This document shows, piece after piece, positions 38,714 through 49,500 of a stretch of 64,000 nt of DNA. A model generated the notes under the pieces. That model ran no database searches, was not told the origin of the DNA, and saw nothing but the letters and a program-made list of their open reading frames with translations. Origin of the DNA: Microcoleus sp. (GTDB lineage: Bacteria; Cyanobacteriota; Cyanobacteriia; Cyanobacteriales; Microcoleaceae); the NCBI GenBank assembly GCA_052279835.1, contig CP181291.1:448001-512000 (forward strand), written 5' to 3'. A program made the position numbers and the translations under genes. How positions within the stretch are numbered: the stretch's first letter is position 1; every line of letters starts with the position of its first letter.

Positions 38714-40352
38714 AATGGCAGCGCTGAATCGCTCTACTCTTCGTCGGCTACAAAACTTACCTCAAATTCCCAGCGTGTGGGAGGGCGATCGCCGACCCTT
38801 GTCTAATGCTGACTCACACGCGATCGTAGACGACGATGACTTCCTAGAGGAGGGTGGCGAGTGCATTCTCTGGGTGGATGGCTCTGAAGGGGTTGTCAGG
38901 GCTATGGATATGGTGGGCCCGGATGCTGGCCCAGAGGCGATCGTCCGGGCACTGCTGCGAGCGATGGAACATCCCCAAAGTCCCTCTCCCGCAGTCCGCC
39001 CTCAAAAAATAGTTGTCAAAAACCGAGAAATTCAATTTTATCTGCGGGGGGTACTTCAAGATTTAGGTATTGCGATCGACTATGTACCGGAATTACCCCT
39101 CATAGACGAAATATTTCGGGGAATGGAAGAGGTTGCCGTCAACAGACCTCCTGAATTGCCTCCTGAGTATGCTGATGTTCTCATGGAAAAAGCTGCTCAA
39201 ATTTGGCACGATGCTCCGTGGCAGACTTTGAGAGAACATCAGATTATATCTATTGAAGTCAATCAATGGGATGTCGCCAGCCTTTACGTGTCTGTATTGG
39301 GTCAGGGCAGAATGGATTATGGAGTTTTACTCTATCGCTCCCTAGAATCGTTGAAGCGGTTTCGAGAGCGAGTCGTTAATGATGATTCTTTTGAAGATTT
39401 GGAACAGGCTTTTTTAGGGCAAGATTGTTTGTTTCTCACCTTTGAAAGTGCCATGGAACTTGATGAAGATGAGGAAGAAATTGATTTAGCCGATTTGCCT
39501 CCATCCGAAATTGAACCGAATTTTGGCAACCTGCATCCTTTAGAAGGTTTGCGATCGATTCTTTATGAAGAAGAAGCCCTGACAATGTTAGTTGCTCTCG
39601 AAGCATTTCACCGCTTTTTCCGCAATAGTCGTCGCAAACTGGCAGCAGAAACATTTCCCACCCTCAGCAGCCGCTACCGCATCCCCGTTCCGCTTGCTGA
39701 GGGGGAAACTCAGCAGGTATCGGTGAAAGTTTCCACGATGCCGGAGGTATCCGACGAATTGTGGCAGATGCTGGAAGATGATGATGATGATGACGATGAT
39801 GAATTTGAAATGCCTCCACTGCGGGACGATTTAGTACCGCCTAATTCATTTTTGAGTCTCGGTGTCGTACCTTGGGCAACGGTAGATTTTTTGCGTGGCA
39901 ATGCCCAGTTTTATCAAGGTGCAGAAGTTGATATTAATCCCAGTGGAGATGGTTTGCCGGTGGTGATGATTCAAACTTCCCATCCGAAGGCAAAAACCAT
40001 GATTCAGGATTTGAAGGAAGCAGAAGGAGTCAAGGCAATTTGCTTTAATCCGGGGGAAGATCCTTTTCAAGATGAGCAATACGATTTGGGTATTCTGCAA
40101 GCTAAAAATGGCGATTTGTATTTGTTTGGAGAGTTTAATGAAGACGATCCGGTGCATCAAGCAGCGCGGCAAAAATGGGAGCGTCGCTGTCAATCAACTC
40201 AAGGTTGGTGTGGTTTGGTGATTGCTAAAGGGTTGATGGGTGCTTCTCGCGGCCAACCTCAACTTAAAGATATGATCGCTTTGTTTGAAGTGCGCTGGGT
40301 GTCTGCTAAAGATTTAGGCATTGGGCCACTGCAATTGATGCCGACGTTTTGA
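38714..40352 (+). CDS. Conserved cyanobacterial hypothetical protein (DUF6930-like)
   Basis: Long ORF with acidic tracts; start MAALNRSTLRRL inferred (track start 38673). Confidence 0.7.
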
Positions 40353-40462
40353 TGTTAGTTGGCGGTTGACGGTTGACTGTTGACAGTTAACTGTCTTTCC
40401 TCAAATTTCTGATATTCTTAAATTTGTTACAATTTGTAAAAATACACTAAAGGATAGGGAAA

Positions 40463-41899
40463 ATGCGGGTTGCGATCGCAGGTGCAGGACTGGCTGGAAT
40501 GACAACAGCAGTCGATTTAGTGGATGCAGGCCACCAAGTAGAAATTTTTGAATCCCGCCCCTTTGTCGGTGGCAAAGTTGGCAGTTGGGTAGATCCAGAT
40601 GGCAATCACGTTGAAATGGGTTTACACGTCTTCTTCGGCTGCTATTATAACTTATTTGCTCTCATGAAAAAAGTGGGAGCTTTTGACGATTTGCTCCTGA
40701 AAGAACACGTCCACACTTTTATCAATCGAGGTGGCGAAACTGGTAGTTTAGATTTTCGTTTCCCGGTAGGTGCTCCTTTCCACGGATTGAAGGCATTTTT
40801 CACTACATCTCAGCTATCGGTACAGGACAAAATCCAAAATTCCCTCGCCCTGGGAACTAGCCCCATCGTCCGAGGTTTGATCGACTTTGATGGGGCGATG
40901 AAAACAATCCGCGATTTGGATAAAATCAGTTTTGCTGACTGGTTTCGCAGCCACGGTGGCAACCAAAATTCCCTCAAAAGAATGTGGAATCCGATCGCCT
41001 ATGCTCTAGGTTTTATTGATACTGAAAATATTTCTGCCCGGTGTATGTTGACAATTTTTCAATTCTTTGCTACCAAAACAGAAGCCTCGGTGATGCGAAT
41101 GTTGGCGGGTTCTCCTAACGAATATTTGCACAAACCAATTGTGGAATATTTGGAACGCAAAGGTACAAAAATTTACACGCGGCGCAGAGTGCGAGAAATT
41201 CAGTTTCAAGAAGGTGGAGAAACTCGCGTCACGGGCTTAGCTGTAGCTAGCGGGGAAACTGAAGAAATTATTACTGCCGATGCCTATGTTTTTGCCTTGG
41301 ATGTGCCGGGAATTCAGAAAATATTACCCCCAGCTTGGCGGAAATGGTCGGACTTTGATAATATTTACAAGTTGGATGCTGTGCCGGTGGCGACAGTGCA
41401 ATTGCGGTTTGACGGTTGGGTAACGGAATTGGAAGATGAAGCCAAACGCAAACAATTAAGTCATGCTGTAGGAATTGATAATTTGCTCTATTCCGCCGAT
41501 GCAGATTTTTCTTGTTTTGCTGATTTGGCGCTGACAAGTCCCAAGGATTATTATAAGGAAGGAGAAGGTTCTCTGTTACAGTTGGTTTTGACTCCTGGAG
41601 ATCCGTTTATTAAACAAAGCAATGAGGCGATCGCCCAACACGTACTCAAGCAAGTTCAGGATTTATTCCCATCAGCGCGGGAATTAAACATGACTTGGTA
41701 TAGTGTAGTGAAGCTGGCTCAATCTTTGTATCGGGAAGCACCGGGAATGGATCTTTATCGGCCTGCTCAAAAAACGCCGATCAGCAATTTCTTTCTAGCA
41801 GGAAGTTACACTCAGCAAGATTATATTGATAGCATGGAAGGAGCAACACTTTCGGGCCATCAAGCGGCTAAGGCAATTCTGGAAGCTTACAGTCCTTAG
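40463..41899 (+). CDS. zds: 9,9'-di-cis-zeta-carotene desaturase
   Basis: GAGLAG FAD motif, [37 protein letters not shown]. Confidence 0.93.
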   Translation: MRVAIAGAGLAGMTTAVDLVDAGHQVEIFESRPFVGGKVGSWVDPDGNHVEMGLHVFFGCYYNLFALMKKVGAFDDLLLKEHVHTFINRGGETGSLDFRFPVGAPFHGLKAFFTTSQLSVQDKIQNSLALGTSPIVRGLIDFDGAMKTIRDLDKISFADWFRSHGGNQNSLKRMWNPIAYALGFIDTENISARCMLTIFQFFATKTEASVMRMLAGSPNEYLHKPIVEYLERKGTKIYTRRRVREIQFQEGGETRVTGLAVASGETEEIITADAYVFALDVPGIQKILPPAWRKWSDFDNIYKLDAVPVATVQLRFDGWVTELEDEAKRKQLSHAVGIDNLLYSADADFSCFADLALTSPKDYYKEGEGSLLQLVLTPGDPFIKQSNEAIAQHVLKQVQDLFPSARELNMTWYSVVKLAQSLYREAPGMDLYRPAQKTPISNFFLAGSYTQQDYIDSMEGATLSGHQAAKAILEAYSP

Positions 41900-41971
41900 T
41901 CCTTTTAATTAAACTTCCTATACAGATGGCCCAAAACCTTACTGTATCAATAGCCTTCCTGAATTTCCCCC

Positions 41972-42280
41972 TTCCCCCCCTTGGGCGGGGCTAGGGGGGC
42001 TGAATTCTTCCTTCTTACTTCTTCATTCTTACTTCCCCCCTTGGGGGGGGCTGGGGGGGGTGAATTCTTGCTTCTTGCTTCTTACTTCCCCCCTTGGGGG
42101 GGGCTGGGGGGGGTGAATTCTTGCTTCTTGCTTCTTACTTCCCCCCTTGGGGGGGGCTGGGGGGGGTGAATTCTTGCTTCTTGCTTCTTACTTCCCCCCT
42201 TGGGGGGGGCTGGGGGGGGTGAATTCTTGCTTCTTGCTTCTTGCTTCTTGCTTCTTGCTTCTTGCTTCTTCCTTCTTCCT
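41972..42280. repeat. Tandem array of GC-palindromic units plus (CTTCTTG)n
   Basis: Five copies of CTTCCCCCCTTGGGGGGGGCTGGGGGGGGTGAATTCTT separated by heptamer repeats. Confidence 0.85.
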
Positions 42281-42287
42281 TATACTT

Positions 42288-42801
42288 ATGAGTTCTTTTG
42301 CTAATTTGCTGGGTATTGGGCTAAGTCTATGTTTGCTGGGATGTTCGCCGACAATGCCTGTAGCGAATTCTGAGGTTACTGCTACTTTGGCATTGCAGCC
42401 TACATTGACAGCTTCCCAAGGTCAAGTTTTACCTGTTTCCGCTAAAGCCAGGATAGCCGATCGCTCGATCGAACTTGAAGTAGCTACCACCGCCGAACAA
42501 CAGGCTATGGGTTTAATGTATAGAAACTTCTCTTCCTGATGACAGAGGGATGTTGTTTGAGTTCAAACCTGCGCGATGGGTGAATTTTTGGATGAAAAAT
42601 TGTGAGATTTCTCTGGATATGATTTTTCTGCGCGATGGAGTGGTGACAGCCATCCAATCTGCGGCACCTCCTTGTACTGCCGATCCTTGTCCCACCTATG
42701 GCCCCGATACGATGGTCGATCGAGTCATCGAACTCCGTAGCGGGCGGGCTGCTGAACTTGGTCTCAAAGTTGGCGATCGAATTGCGATCGAGTTCATTTA
42801 A
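42288..42801 (+). CDS. DUF192 family lipoprotein; apparent +1 frameshift at 42524-42526
   Basis: LLGC lipobox; QQAMGLMYR joined to T-S-L-P-D-D-R-GMLFEF...FWMKN...LDMIF after removing one A. Confidence 0.85.
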
Positions 42802-43716
42802 CCGAATTAAGTCATTTTAGGTTGATTTTGCCGGAAAATTGGTGGAGGGACCTAGCCCATTATTTTGATAAATATTTAGAAACTTTACAAAAATTGATTA
42901 AATCTGTTAAATTATTAATAAGAAAATCAGTACAAATACCAAAAGATTTGCTACGATGTCGATCTTGGTAAGTCCAGTCCTGAGCTTGTTTGCCTACGCA
43001 GCAGATTTTTAGTCGGCGGTGAGAACGACAAGTGAGTGACTCTGTGGTGATTCTGAGAGACGATATTATCTTTGTTCGATTTAGCGATCTCTGGCACTCT
43101 GAAGAAATTCTGTGGAACTTCCTTAGAGAAAACTTAATCTACTAAATCTATCCGAAGCTTGAGGCTACAAGCAAAATTAACTTACCAGGTTAACTTAATC
43201 TTCCTGGACGCAATGGTGACAATTGCTAAGGTGCGTGAGTTGCAAAACCCCTAAAAATAGTTCAAAAAACTCCCTTGACGCACCCTAGGATTCAATATTA
43301 ACGATGCTGGTTGCGTCCACGACTGCTTGAGAGAGCAGATTGTGGTTCGATCGCAAAATCTAACCTAGATTAATCAAGTAGATTTGCGGATTCTGCATTT
43401 TGGCAGATGAAGTTAAACTCTGAACCTGGTTTAGTAGTCTTAAGTAGGTAGCAGAATTGATTTAGATTCGCGCTGCACAGGTGCAGAGGTATTCAGTTTA
43501 GGTTCGATCGCACATCCCTCGAACCCCCAGCGACAAAAATCGAAAACCTTTCACTTTTGGGGAAAGGTTGGCTTTAGAGTCGCACTCAACCACAAAATTT
43601 CCATTTTTAACTGCAAATACTGTTTTAACAGATATCCACAGTTTCAAGACAGATTTAAAACTGGCTTATTACTCATCAAAAACATCAGGTTCGCATCAGA
43701 AAATGGTGTCCTACAC

Positions 43717-43947
43717 TTGGAGGAAAAATTAATGACACCCGCTACTTATACTCGTTTAATTCGATTTTTACAAGAAGATTTGGCGATTTCTCGCGCGTCA
43801 ATTGATGTCGCTGAACGTGTGGGCGGTAACGAACAACGCCAACGCGATCGCGACCCGAATTCCCTGCCGATGGTATTGTGGCAGTACGGTTTGGTGACGC
43901 TAGAACAGTTAGATAAAATTTTTGATTGGTTGGCCCAAGCATATTAA
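43717..43947 (+). CDS. DUF2949 family protein
   Basis: LIRFLQEDLAIS...LPMVLWQYGLVTLEQLDKIFDWL. Confidence 0.85.
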   Translation: MEEKLMTPATYTRLIRFLQEDLAISRASIDVAERVGGNEQRQRDRDPNSLPMVLWQYGLVTLEQLDKIFDWLAQAY

Positions 43948-44018
43948 AAGGATTTTAGATTTTATATTTTAGATAAAATCTAATTTAGATAAAATCTAAA
44001 ATCCTTTAACAACTTGGA

Positions 44019-45176
44019 TTAAGATTCAGCTAAAATTTTCGCAGCCGCGGCAACGCCGGCACCAGGAACAAAGCCTTCGTAACCCAATTCTCGCAACACC
44101 ACTTCTAAAGAGGAAATAGCTGCTAGAATATCGCGATCGCACACAAAGCCTAAATGACCGATGCGGAAGATTTTGCCCTTCAAATGGTCTTGTCCATCGG
44201 CCAGGGAAATGTCAAATCTCTTTCTCATCAACGTCCGCACCTTTTGTGCATCTACTTCGGCGGGCGGCATCACGGAAGTAATCGCAGGGCTGGCGCAATC
44301 ATCGGCGGCAAATAAGGGCAAACCTAAAGCTTGTACAGCAGCGCGAGTAGTAGTCATCAAGCGTTTGTGCCGCGCGAAGACATTTTCTAGTCCTTCAGTT
44401 GTCATCATCTGCAAAGTTACTTGCAGTCCAAAAAACATATTGACTGGTGGAGTAAAAGGAGTCGTATTTTTGGCAGCTTCTTTGCGATATTTGCCTAAAT
44501 CTAAGTAATAGCGAGGCAATTTCGCAGTCTTGTAAGCTTCCCAAGCTTTCGGGCCGACGGCGACAAAACCCAAACCAGGGGGAATCATGTAAGCTTTCTG
44601 AGAACCGGAAGCAATCACATCAATTCCCCAAGCATCCATCGGCACATTTGCAGCACCTAAACTGGTGACAGCATCGACCATAATTAAAGCTTCACCGTGG
44701 GCTTTAACGTGGCGGTTGATGGTTTCGAGGTCGTTGAGGACACCAGTGGAGGTTTCGGAGTGAGTGATGATGACGGCTTTGATTTGCTTTTCTGTGTCTG
44801 CTTCGAGTTTTTCGCGGAAGTTTTCGGGGTCTAAAGGTTGGCCCCACTCGGCTTTGACGATTTCGACGTTTAAACCGTAAGCTTCGGCGACTTCCGCCCA
44901 ACGTTCACCAAATTTACCATTGGTACCGACTAAAACGCGATCGCCCGCACTCAAGAAATTAATAATCCCAGCTTCCATCGCGCCCGTACCGGAAACGGTT
45001 AAACTCAGGACGTCACTTTTAGTTTGGTGCAACCATTTCAGGTTTTCGGTACATTCTGCAAAAATCCCATCAAACTCCTTGCTGCGGTGGCCCATCGGGT
45101 GTTTTGCCATCGCCAGCAAAGCCGCTTCGGGTACCGGCGTGGGGCCGGGAATCATCAGCATTGATTTGTTATCCAT
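44019..45176 (-). CDS. Alanine-glyoxylate/serine-pyruvate aminotransferase (class V PLP)
   Basis: MIPGPTP, HSETSTG, VDAVTS, SGSQKA (PLP Lys), FRIGHLG. Confidence 0.92.
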   Translation of the reverse strand: MDNKSMLMIPGPTPVPEAALLAMAKHPMGHRSKEFDGIFAECTENLKWLHQTKSDVLSLTVSGTGAMEAGIINFLSAGDRVLVGTNGKFGERWAEVAEAYGLNVEIVKAEWGQPLDPENFREKLEADTEKQIKAVIITHSETSTGVLNDLETINRHVKAHGEALIMVDAVTSLGAANVPMDAWGIDVIASGSQKAYMIPPGLGFVAVGPKAWEAYKTAKLPRYYLDLGKYRKEAAKNTTPFTPPVNMFFGLQVTLQMMTTEGLENVFARHKRLMTTTRAAVQALGLPLFAADDCASPAITSVMPPAEVDAQKVRTLMRKRFDISLADGQDHLKGKIFRIGHLGFVCDRDILAAISSLEVVLRELGYEGFVPGAGVAAAAKILAES

Positions 45177-45262
45177 GATGTTGTCCTAACTATTTCTGTG
45201 GGAGTTAACAGAATAGATCAAAAAGCTGTGTTGCGGAATCGTCTCTCTAAGTTTTTTAAGTT

Positions 45263-45520
45263 TTAAGTTTTAATTTCCCTAGGATTTGTCTCATTCAGCG
45301 ACCAGCGGTATTCTACTGGTAATTTGGAGCGATCGCAACTTTGTTCTAATTGCTTCTGAAGGGCAAGGGCTTTCCGCAAAGTAACGATCAGTTGTTGAAC
45401 TTGTTGTTGCTGTGGTGATTGCGGACTCACAGCCAACATTGTTTTACGTTCCAACAATTGAAGTAGCAATTCGTAGTGAACGTGTGACGGAAGGGGAATT
45501 GGTTCCATTAAAGACGACAT
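45263..45520 (-). CDS. DUF5340-like protein
   Basis: PLPSHVHYELLLQLLER...EYRWSLN. Confidence 0.75.
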   Translation of the reverse strand: MSSLMEPIPLPSHVHYELLLQLLERKTMLAVSPQSPQQQQVQQLIVTLRKALALQKQLEQSCDRSKLPVEYRWSLNETNPREIKT

Positions 45521-45784
45521 ACCTCAGTGAACCGACACCTCATGGGAATTGCCATGAAGCATTACAGTTTAATTATAAATACTTGATTTCCCATAATTAT
45601 TCTAACTTAACTATTATCAGAATTTAGGGATATTGTCAAGGAATCTGGCGTTTGATATTGTTGTTAATTATTTTGGATTGATTTAACCGCTCCAGACCGC
45701 TCCAGACCGCAGAGTAGCAGAAGAGAGAGATGAAGGATTCTGATGCCACCTCTCACTATGATTTTTGGTTATTTTAAGTTGTCG

Positions 45785-46687
45785 CTAATGACCAGTAGCG
45801 ATGTCGGCGACAAGGGAGGCTAAGGCTGCGCCTGGGTCTGGCTGTTTGACTAGGGATTCGCCAATCAGGACAGCGCCGGCCCCGGCCTTGGCGACTTGAG
45901 CGAGGTCGTCGGGGGTGTGGATGCCTGATTCGCTGACGATGAGGATGTCTTTGGCTTGAATTTCGGTTTGGCGCGAGGCTAATAGTTGGCTGGTGGTTTC
46001 TAGGCTGACGGAAAAGTCTGCTAGGTTGCGGTTGTTGATGCCGATTAGGTTGACGCCTTCTAGGGTTAATACGCGATCGAGTTCTTCTTGAGTGTGAACT
46101 TCTATCAAGGCTGTCATGCCTAATGTCTTGACAATTTTTACAAAGTATTGTATGTCTTTATCTGATAGAATAGCTGCGATTAAAAGTACGGCATCGGCAC
46201 CATGAATGCGGGCGAGATAGATTTGGTAGGGGTAGATGATGAACTCTTTGCAAAGCAGTGGTAAATCGACGGCGGAACGGATTTTGCTGAGGTTTTCAAA
46301 GCTGCCTTGAAAGAACTTTTCGTCGGTGAGTACGGAGATGCAGGTGGCGCCGTTTTGTTGGTAGGATTGGGCGATCGCCACGGCGTCGAAATCTTCGCGA
46401 ATTACGCCTTTGCTGGGGGAAGCTTTTTTGACTTCGGCGATGATTGCTGGTGTGGTTTTACCGTTTTTGAGCGCGCCGAGGAAGTCGCGGATCGGCGGCG
46501 CAAAGGGGAGTCTTTTGTGAAGTTCGGCTAAGGGCGTGCGATCGCGCTTTTGGGCAACTTCAACCTCTTTTTGCCAGACTATTTCTTCGAGGATGTGCCG
46601 GGGTTGGGAGTCGGGTACGGCGATTTCGTAGCTGAGGTAGAGTACGGAGACGGAGGTGCTGGGGGGACGGCGGCGGATTTGGAGCAT
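45785..46687 (-). CDS. trpC: Indole-3-glycerol phosphate synthase
   Basis: [42 protein letters not shown]; start set at MLQIRRR. Confidence 0.94.
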   Translation of the reverse strand: MLQIRRRPPSTSVSVLYLSYEIAVPDSQPRHILEEIVWQKEVEVAQKRDRTPLAELHKRLPFAPPIRDFLGALKNGKTTPAIIAEVKKASPSKGVIREDFDAVAIAQSYQQNGATCISVLTDEKFFQGSFENLSKIRSAVDLPLLCKEFIIYPYQIYLARIHGADAVLLIAAILSDKDIQYFVKIVKTLGMTALIEVHTQEELDRVLTLEGVNLIGINNRNLADFSVSLETTSQLLASRQTEIQAKDILIVSESGIHTPDDLAQVAKAGAGAVLIGESLVKQPDPGAALASLVADIATGH

Positions 46688-46740
46688 GATAGGGGGGATT
46701 AAGGGCTGATGGCAACAAGTTTCTATTATATAATGGTTAC

Positions 46741-46937
46741 AGATTATTCGACGATTGAAATCGCGTCTAAACAAACGAAGTCCGCCGACGCGGACAAGCG
46801 AGATATGACAGGTTGTAATTCATTAAATAGAAACAAGATTATTCGGCGATTGAAATCGCGTCTAAACAAACGAAGTCCGCCTTCGCGAACTCATAGATAT
46901 GACAAGTTGTAATTCATTAAATAGAAACAAGATTATT
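46741..46937. repeat. Tandem duplication of an about 95-bp unit
   Basis: AGATTATTCG.CGATTGAAATCGCGTCTAAACAAACGAAGTCCGCC...TTGTAATTCATTAAATAGAAACA occurs twice. Confidence 0.85.
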
Positions 46938-47001
46938 TAGCACAAAACCCAAAATCTCAGAAACCGGGTTTTTTGCTAAATCACCGACTGTGACTAAGGA
47001 T

Positions 47002-47094
47002 TGTCGAAAAAACCCGGTTTCTCGCCACACCTCAAATAATTCCGAATCGAAAATTGTCGCACATTCGCGTCGTCAAAGTTCTCGCGCTAACCCG
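47002..47094 (+). repeat. About 93-bp direct repeat, second copy at 51228-51320
   Basis: TGTCGAAAAAACCCGGTTTCTCGCCACACCTCAAATAATTCCGAATCGAAAATTGTCGCACATTC identical in both copies. Confidence 0.85.
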
Positions 47095-47332
47095 CAATTA
47101 CGCCGGGGGTTGAAAACCCCCGTCTCATAGCGAAAGTCCTCTAAAAGAGGACTGAAAAGTCAATTCAATAAACAAAGGTCGATCGCGCATTCCCAAATTT
47201 TACCAAAAGGTCGATCGCACATTTCTAAGTTTCTTAAAATTCACTGACAGTCTGAGGTTTTGCCGTTCTGGTTTTTGCCTAAAATTGTGCGTGAATGCCT
47301 TTAAATTGGTAAAAAAAAGGTTTCTTGGGAAG

Positions 47333-47357
47333 ATTGCATAAGTCGCGATTATGCAAT
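47333..47357. promoter_or_regulatory. Perfect 9-bp inverted repeat, candidate operator
   Basis: ATTGCATAA-N7-TTATGCAAT. Confidence 0.45.
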
Positions 47358-47457
47358 TTTTCAACCAATTTTTAATAGTGTATTTACAATTTATTGTACG
47401 AGCTAGAGAGATTTATAGATTTGTGATACATTTCCAGGTATTATCAAAATGGTACAT

Positions 47458-47492
47458 CTCCCCACTTGTGGGGAAACTAATTGAATGGAAAC
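47458..47492 (+). CRISPR. Solitary CRISPR-like repeat (cyanobacterial type III-like); not an array
   Basis: CTCCCCACTTGTGGGGAAACTAATTGAATGGAAAC: internal CCCCAC/GTGGGG hairpin and 3' ATGGAAAC end; only one copy seen. Confidence 0.6.
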
Positions 47493-47560
47493 ACTAAAGC
47501 AAAATTAGTTGGAGCTTTCTATTAATGAGGCAGTTTCAGGGAAACCTAGAATTTTAGCTG

Positions 47561-47589
47561 TTGACAAAAGAGCAGATTTTTTCTAGACT
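47561..47589 (+). promoter_or_regulatory. Sigma70-type promoter
   Basis: TTGACA-N17-TAGACT; predicted start near 47596. Confidence 0.65.
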
Positions 47590-47595
47590 AATTTT

Positions 47596-47970
47596 GGGAG
47601 ATGCCTCCCGCGCCGAAAACGTCACGCATGACGGTTCCAGCAGCCAAGGCATAACCCTCACCCCCCGCGCCGCAAGGTTAAGGACACTAACTAAATAGTG
47701 TGGTCTTAGATTAATATTGGGAGAGACCTTCTAACCGCAAGAAACAAGTCAAGCTTGCTGCCCTCGCAGCAAAGGCTTATTCCCACCACCGCGCCGCAGG
47801 GTTAACGGCATTTCCTAGAAATAGGAACTAAGGCAAATTTAGATGTTGGAGCTTTCTATTAATGCGGAAAGTCAGAACGAGGGTTCCAACCCCCCCGCAC
47901 CGCAAGAAATAAAAAATTCAGAGGCTTTTCTCATGCCGAAAGCCTGGTTTTTTTAAGTTAAAAGCTCCAA
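47596..47970 (+). ncRNA. Candidate structured non-coding RNA(s) built from degenerate tandem units
   Basis: No long ORF; 5' hairpin GGGAG-ATGC-CTCCC at the predicted start; repeated CCGC(G/A)CCGCA(A/G)G motif; small hairpins; terminator-like AGGCTTT...AAAGCCT plus T run near 47921-47953. Confidence 0.45.
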
Positions 47971-48426
47971 ATTCACGACAAACTTTTAGGGTTCATCAAA
48001 AAAACTTGCTAGTTGCAAATAACTGACAAGCACAAAAAAAGCCCCATTAGTGGGGGCAAAGTTGAAGAGTATGTAATCTATTGAAAGCCTTAACCTCGAC
48101 AAATCACCAAATTTGGGATAAACTGGCTAAACTATTAGCACCGATCGCCCTAAATCACCTCATCGACAAATATCTAGAATCCTGCAATTACAAAATACGC
48201 GGTTATTGGCATAACAATAATTTTTATGAATAAATAGTTTTTATTCATCCAATCTATGCAGAATCGCTCGCTCGATCGGCACAATCGATCGCCCAAACAC
48301 AAGAATTTCTCGAATTAGTTCAAAATTTAGTTCTGCCCCTACCGCCGCCGTCAATAAATTACAGAGCATGAATTCAGAAATACTCCACTTCCACAAATTA
48401 GTAACCTTTGGTAGAGGCTGATATGA

Positions 48427-49498
48427 TTGCTGTGGCCTAAAATAGGCTATGAAGTATTGGCTAAAACTATTGTGAATACAACAAAAATCACCGATGTTTG
48501 GAGTAAAATCCAGGCAATGGCAAACGACTTTCTGATTTTATTACCAAATATTGTACTGGCACTGATTGTTTTTGCAATTTTCTTTTTTATTGGCAAAACC
48601 TTGAAACGAGTCGTCAGAAGACTCACCAGTTTCTCACCGCCAAGCTCGCAATTTAGGATTGGTGCTGGGGCGATTAGCACAAGGAGCAACCGTTCTTACA
48701 GGATTGTTTATTGCTTTGTCGATCGTCATTCCGTCCATCAAAGCAAACGATCTAGTTCAGCTATTGGGGATTAGTGGTGTGGCGATCGGGTTTGCGTTTC
48801 GCGATATCCTGCAAAATTTTCTGGCGGGTATTTTGATTCTGCTAACTGAACCCTTCCAAATAGATGACCAAATTGTCTTCAAAAACTTTGAGGGAACTGT
48901 AGAAAATATTCAAACGCGGGCGACAATAATCAAAACCTATGATGGTAGGCGCATTGTAATTCCTAACTCAGAACTATTCACAAACTCAGTTGTCGTGAAC
49001 ACAGCGTTTGAAAAGCGCCGTTTGCAGTATGACGTCGGGATTGGCTACGGAGATGATATTGACACGGCCAGACAATTAATTTTAGAGGCAATTCATGAAA
49101 TTGATGGAGTGCTAAAAGATCCCGCTCCCGATGCGATCGTCGTAGAATTGGCCGGTAGCAGTGTTAACATTCGCGCTCGCTGGTGGGTGCAGCCTCCGCG
49201 TCGCGCCGAACTCTTAGATTTTCAAGATCGGGTATTAACTAACATTAAAAACAAGCTAGTAGCAAATGGGATCGATCTGCCTTTCCCAACTCAGCAGATT
49301 TTGTTCCACGATCAGACAGAAGACACTGACGGCGATCGCACCCGTCAACGGGAAGGCTGGCCCGCCGGAAAAGCTGAAGTTCCCAAATCGCGCAGTATCA
49401 GTCGCGCCCTCAGACAACTGGCGGCAATAGAGTTTCAACGCACTAAATCTGAGGATGACCAAGTAATTTCAAACAATAAACATACTGAGGAGAAATAG
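48427..49498 (+). CDS. Small-conductance mechanosensitive channel (MscS family); apparent +1 frameshift at 48630-48632
   Basis: GVAIGFAFRDILQNFLAG, PFQIDD, GTVENIQTRAT, IPNS, IDLPFP; the N-terminal TM segment is in the upstream frame. Confidence 0.85.
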
Positions 49499-49500
49499 GG

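Noticed and set aside
41972..42280. Regularly spaced palindromic repeats resembling a CRISPR array, and the ORFs translated through them
   Set aside because: The intervening sequences are the same heptamer repeats, not unique spacers; the unit is a dispersed GC palindrome found across the window.
46741..46937. ATTGAAAT-containing repeat as a possible CRISPR
   Set aside because: The whole 95-bp unit is duplicated, so there is no variable spacer.
47500..47970. Retron msr-msd or type III toxin-antitoxin array
   Set aside because: Inverted and tandem repeats exist, but no reverse transcriptase or toxin ORF is adjacent; kept only as an unassigned ncRNA candidate.
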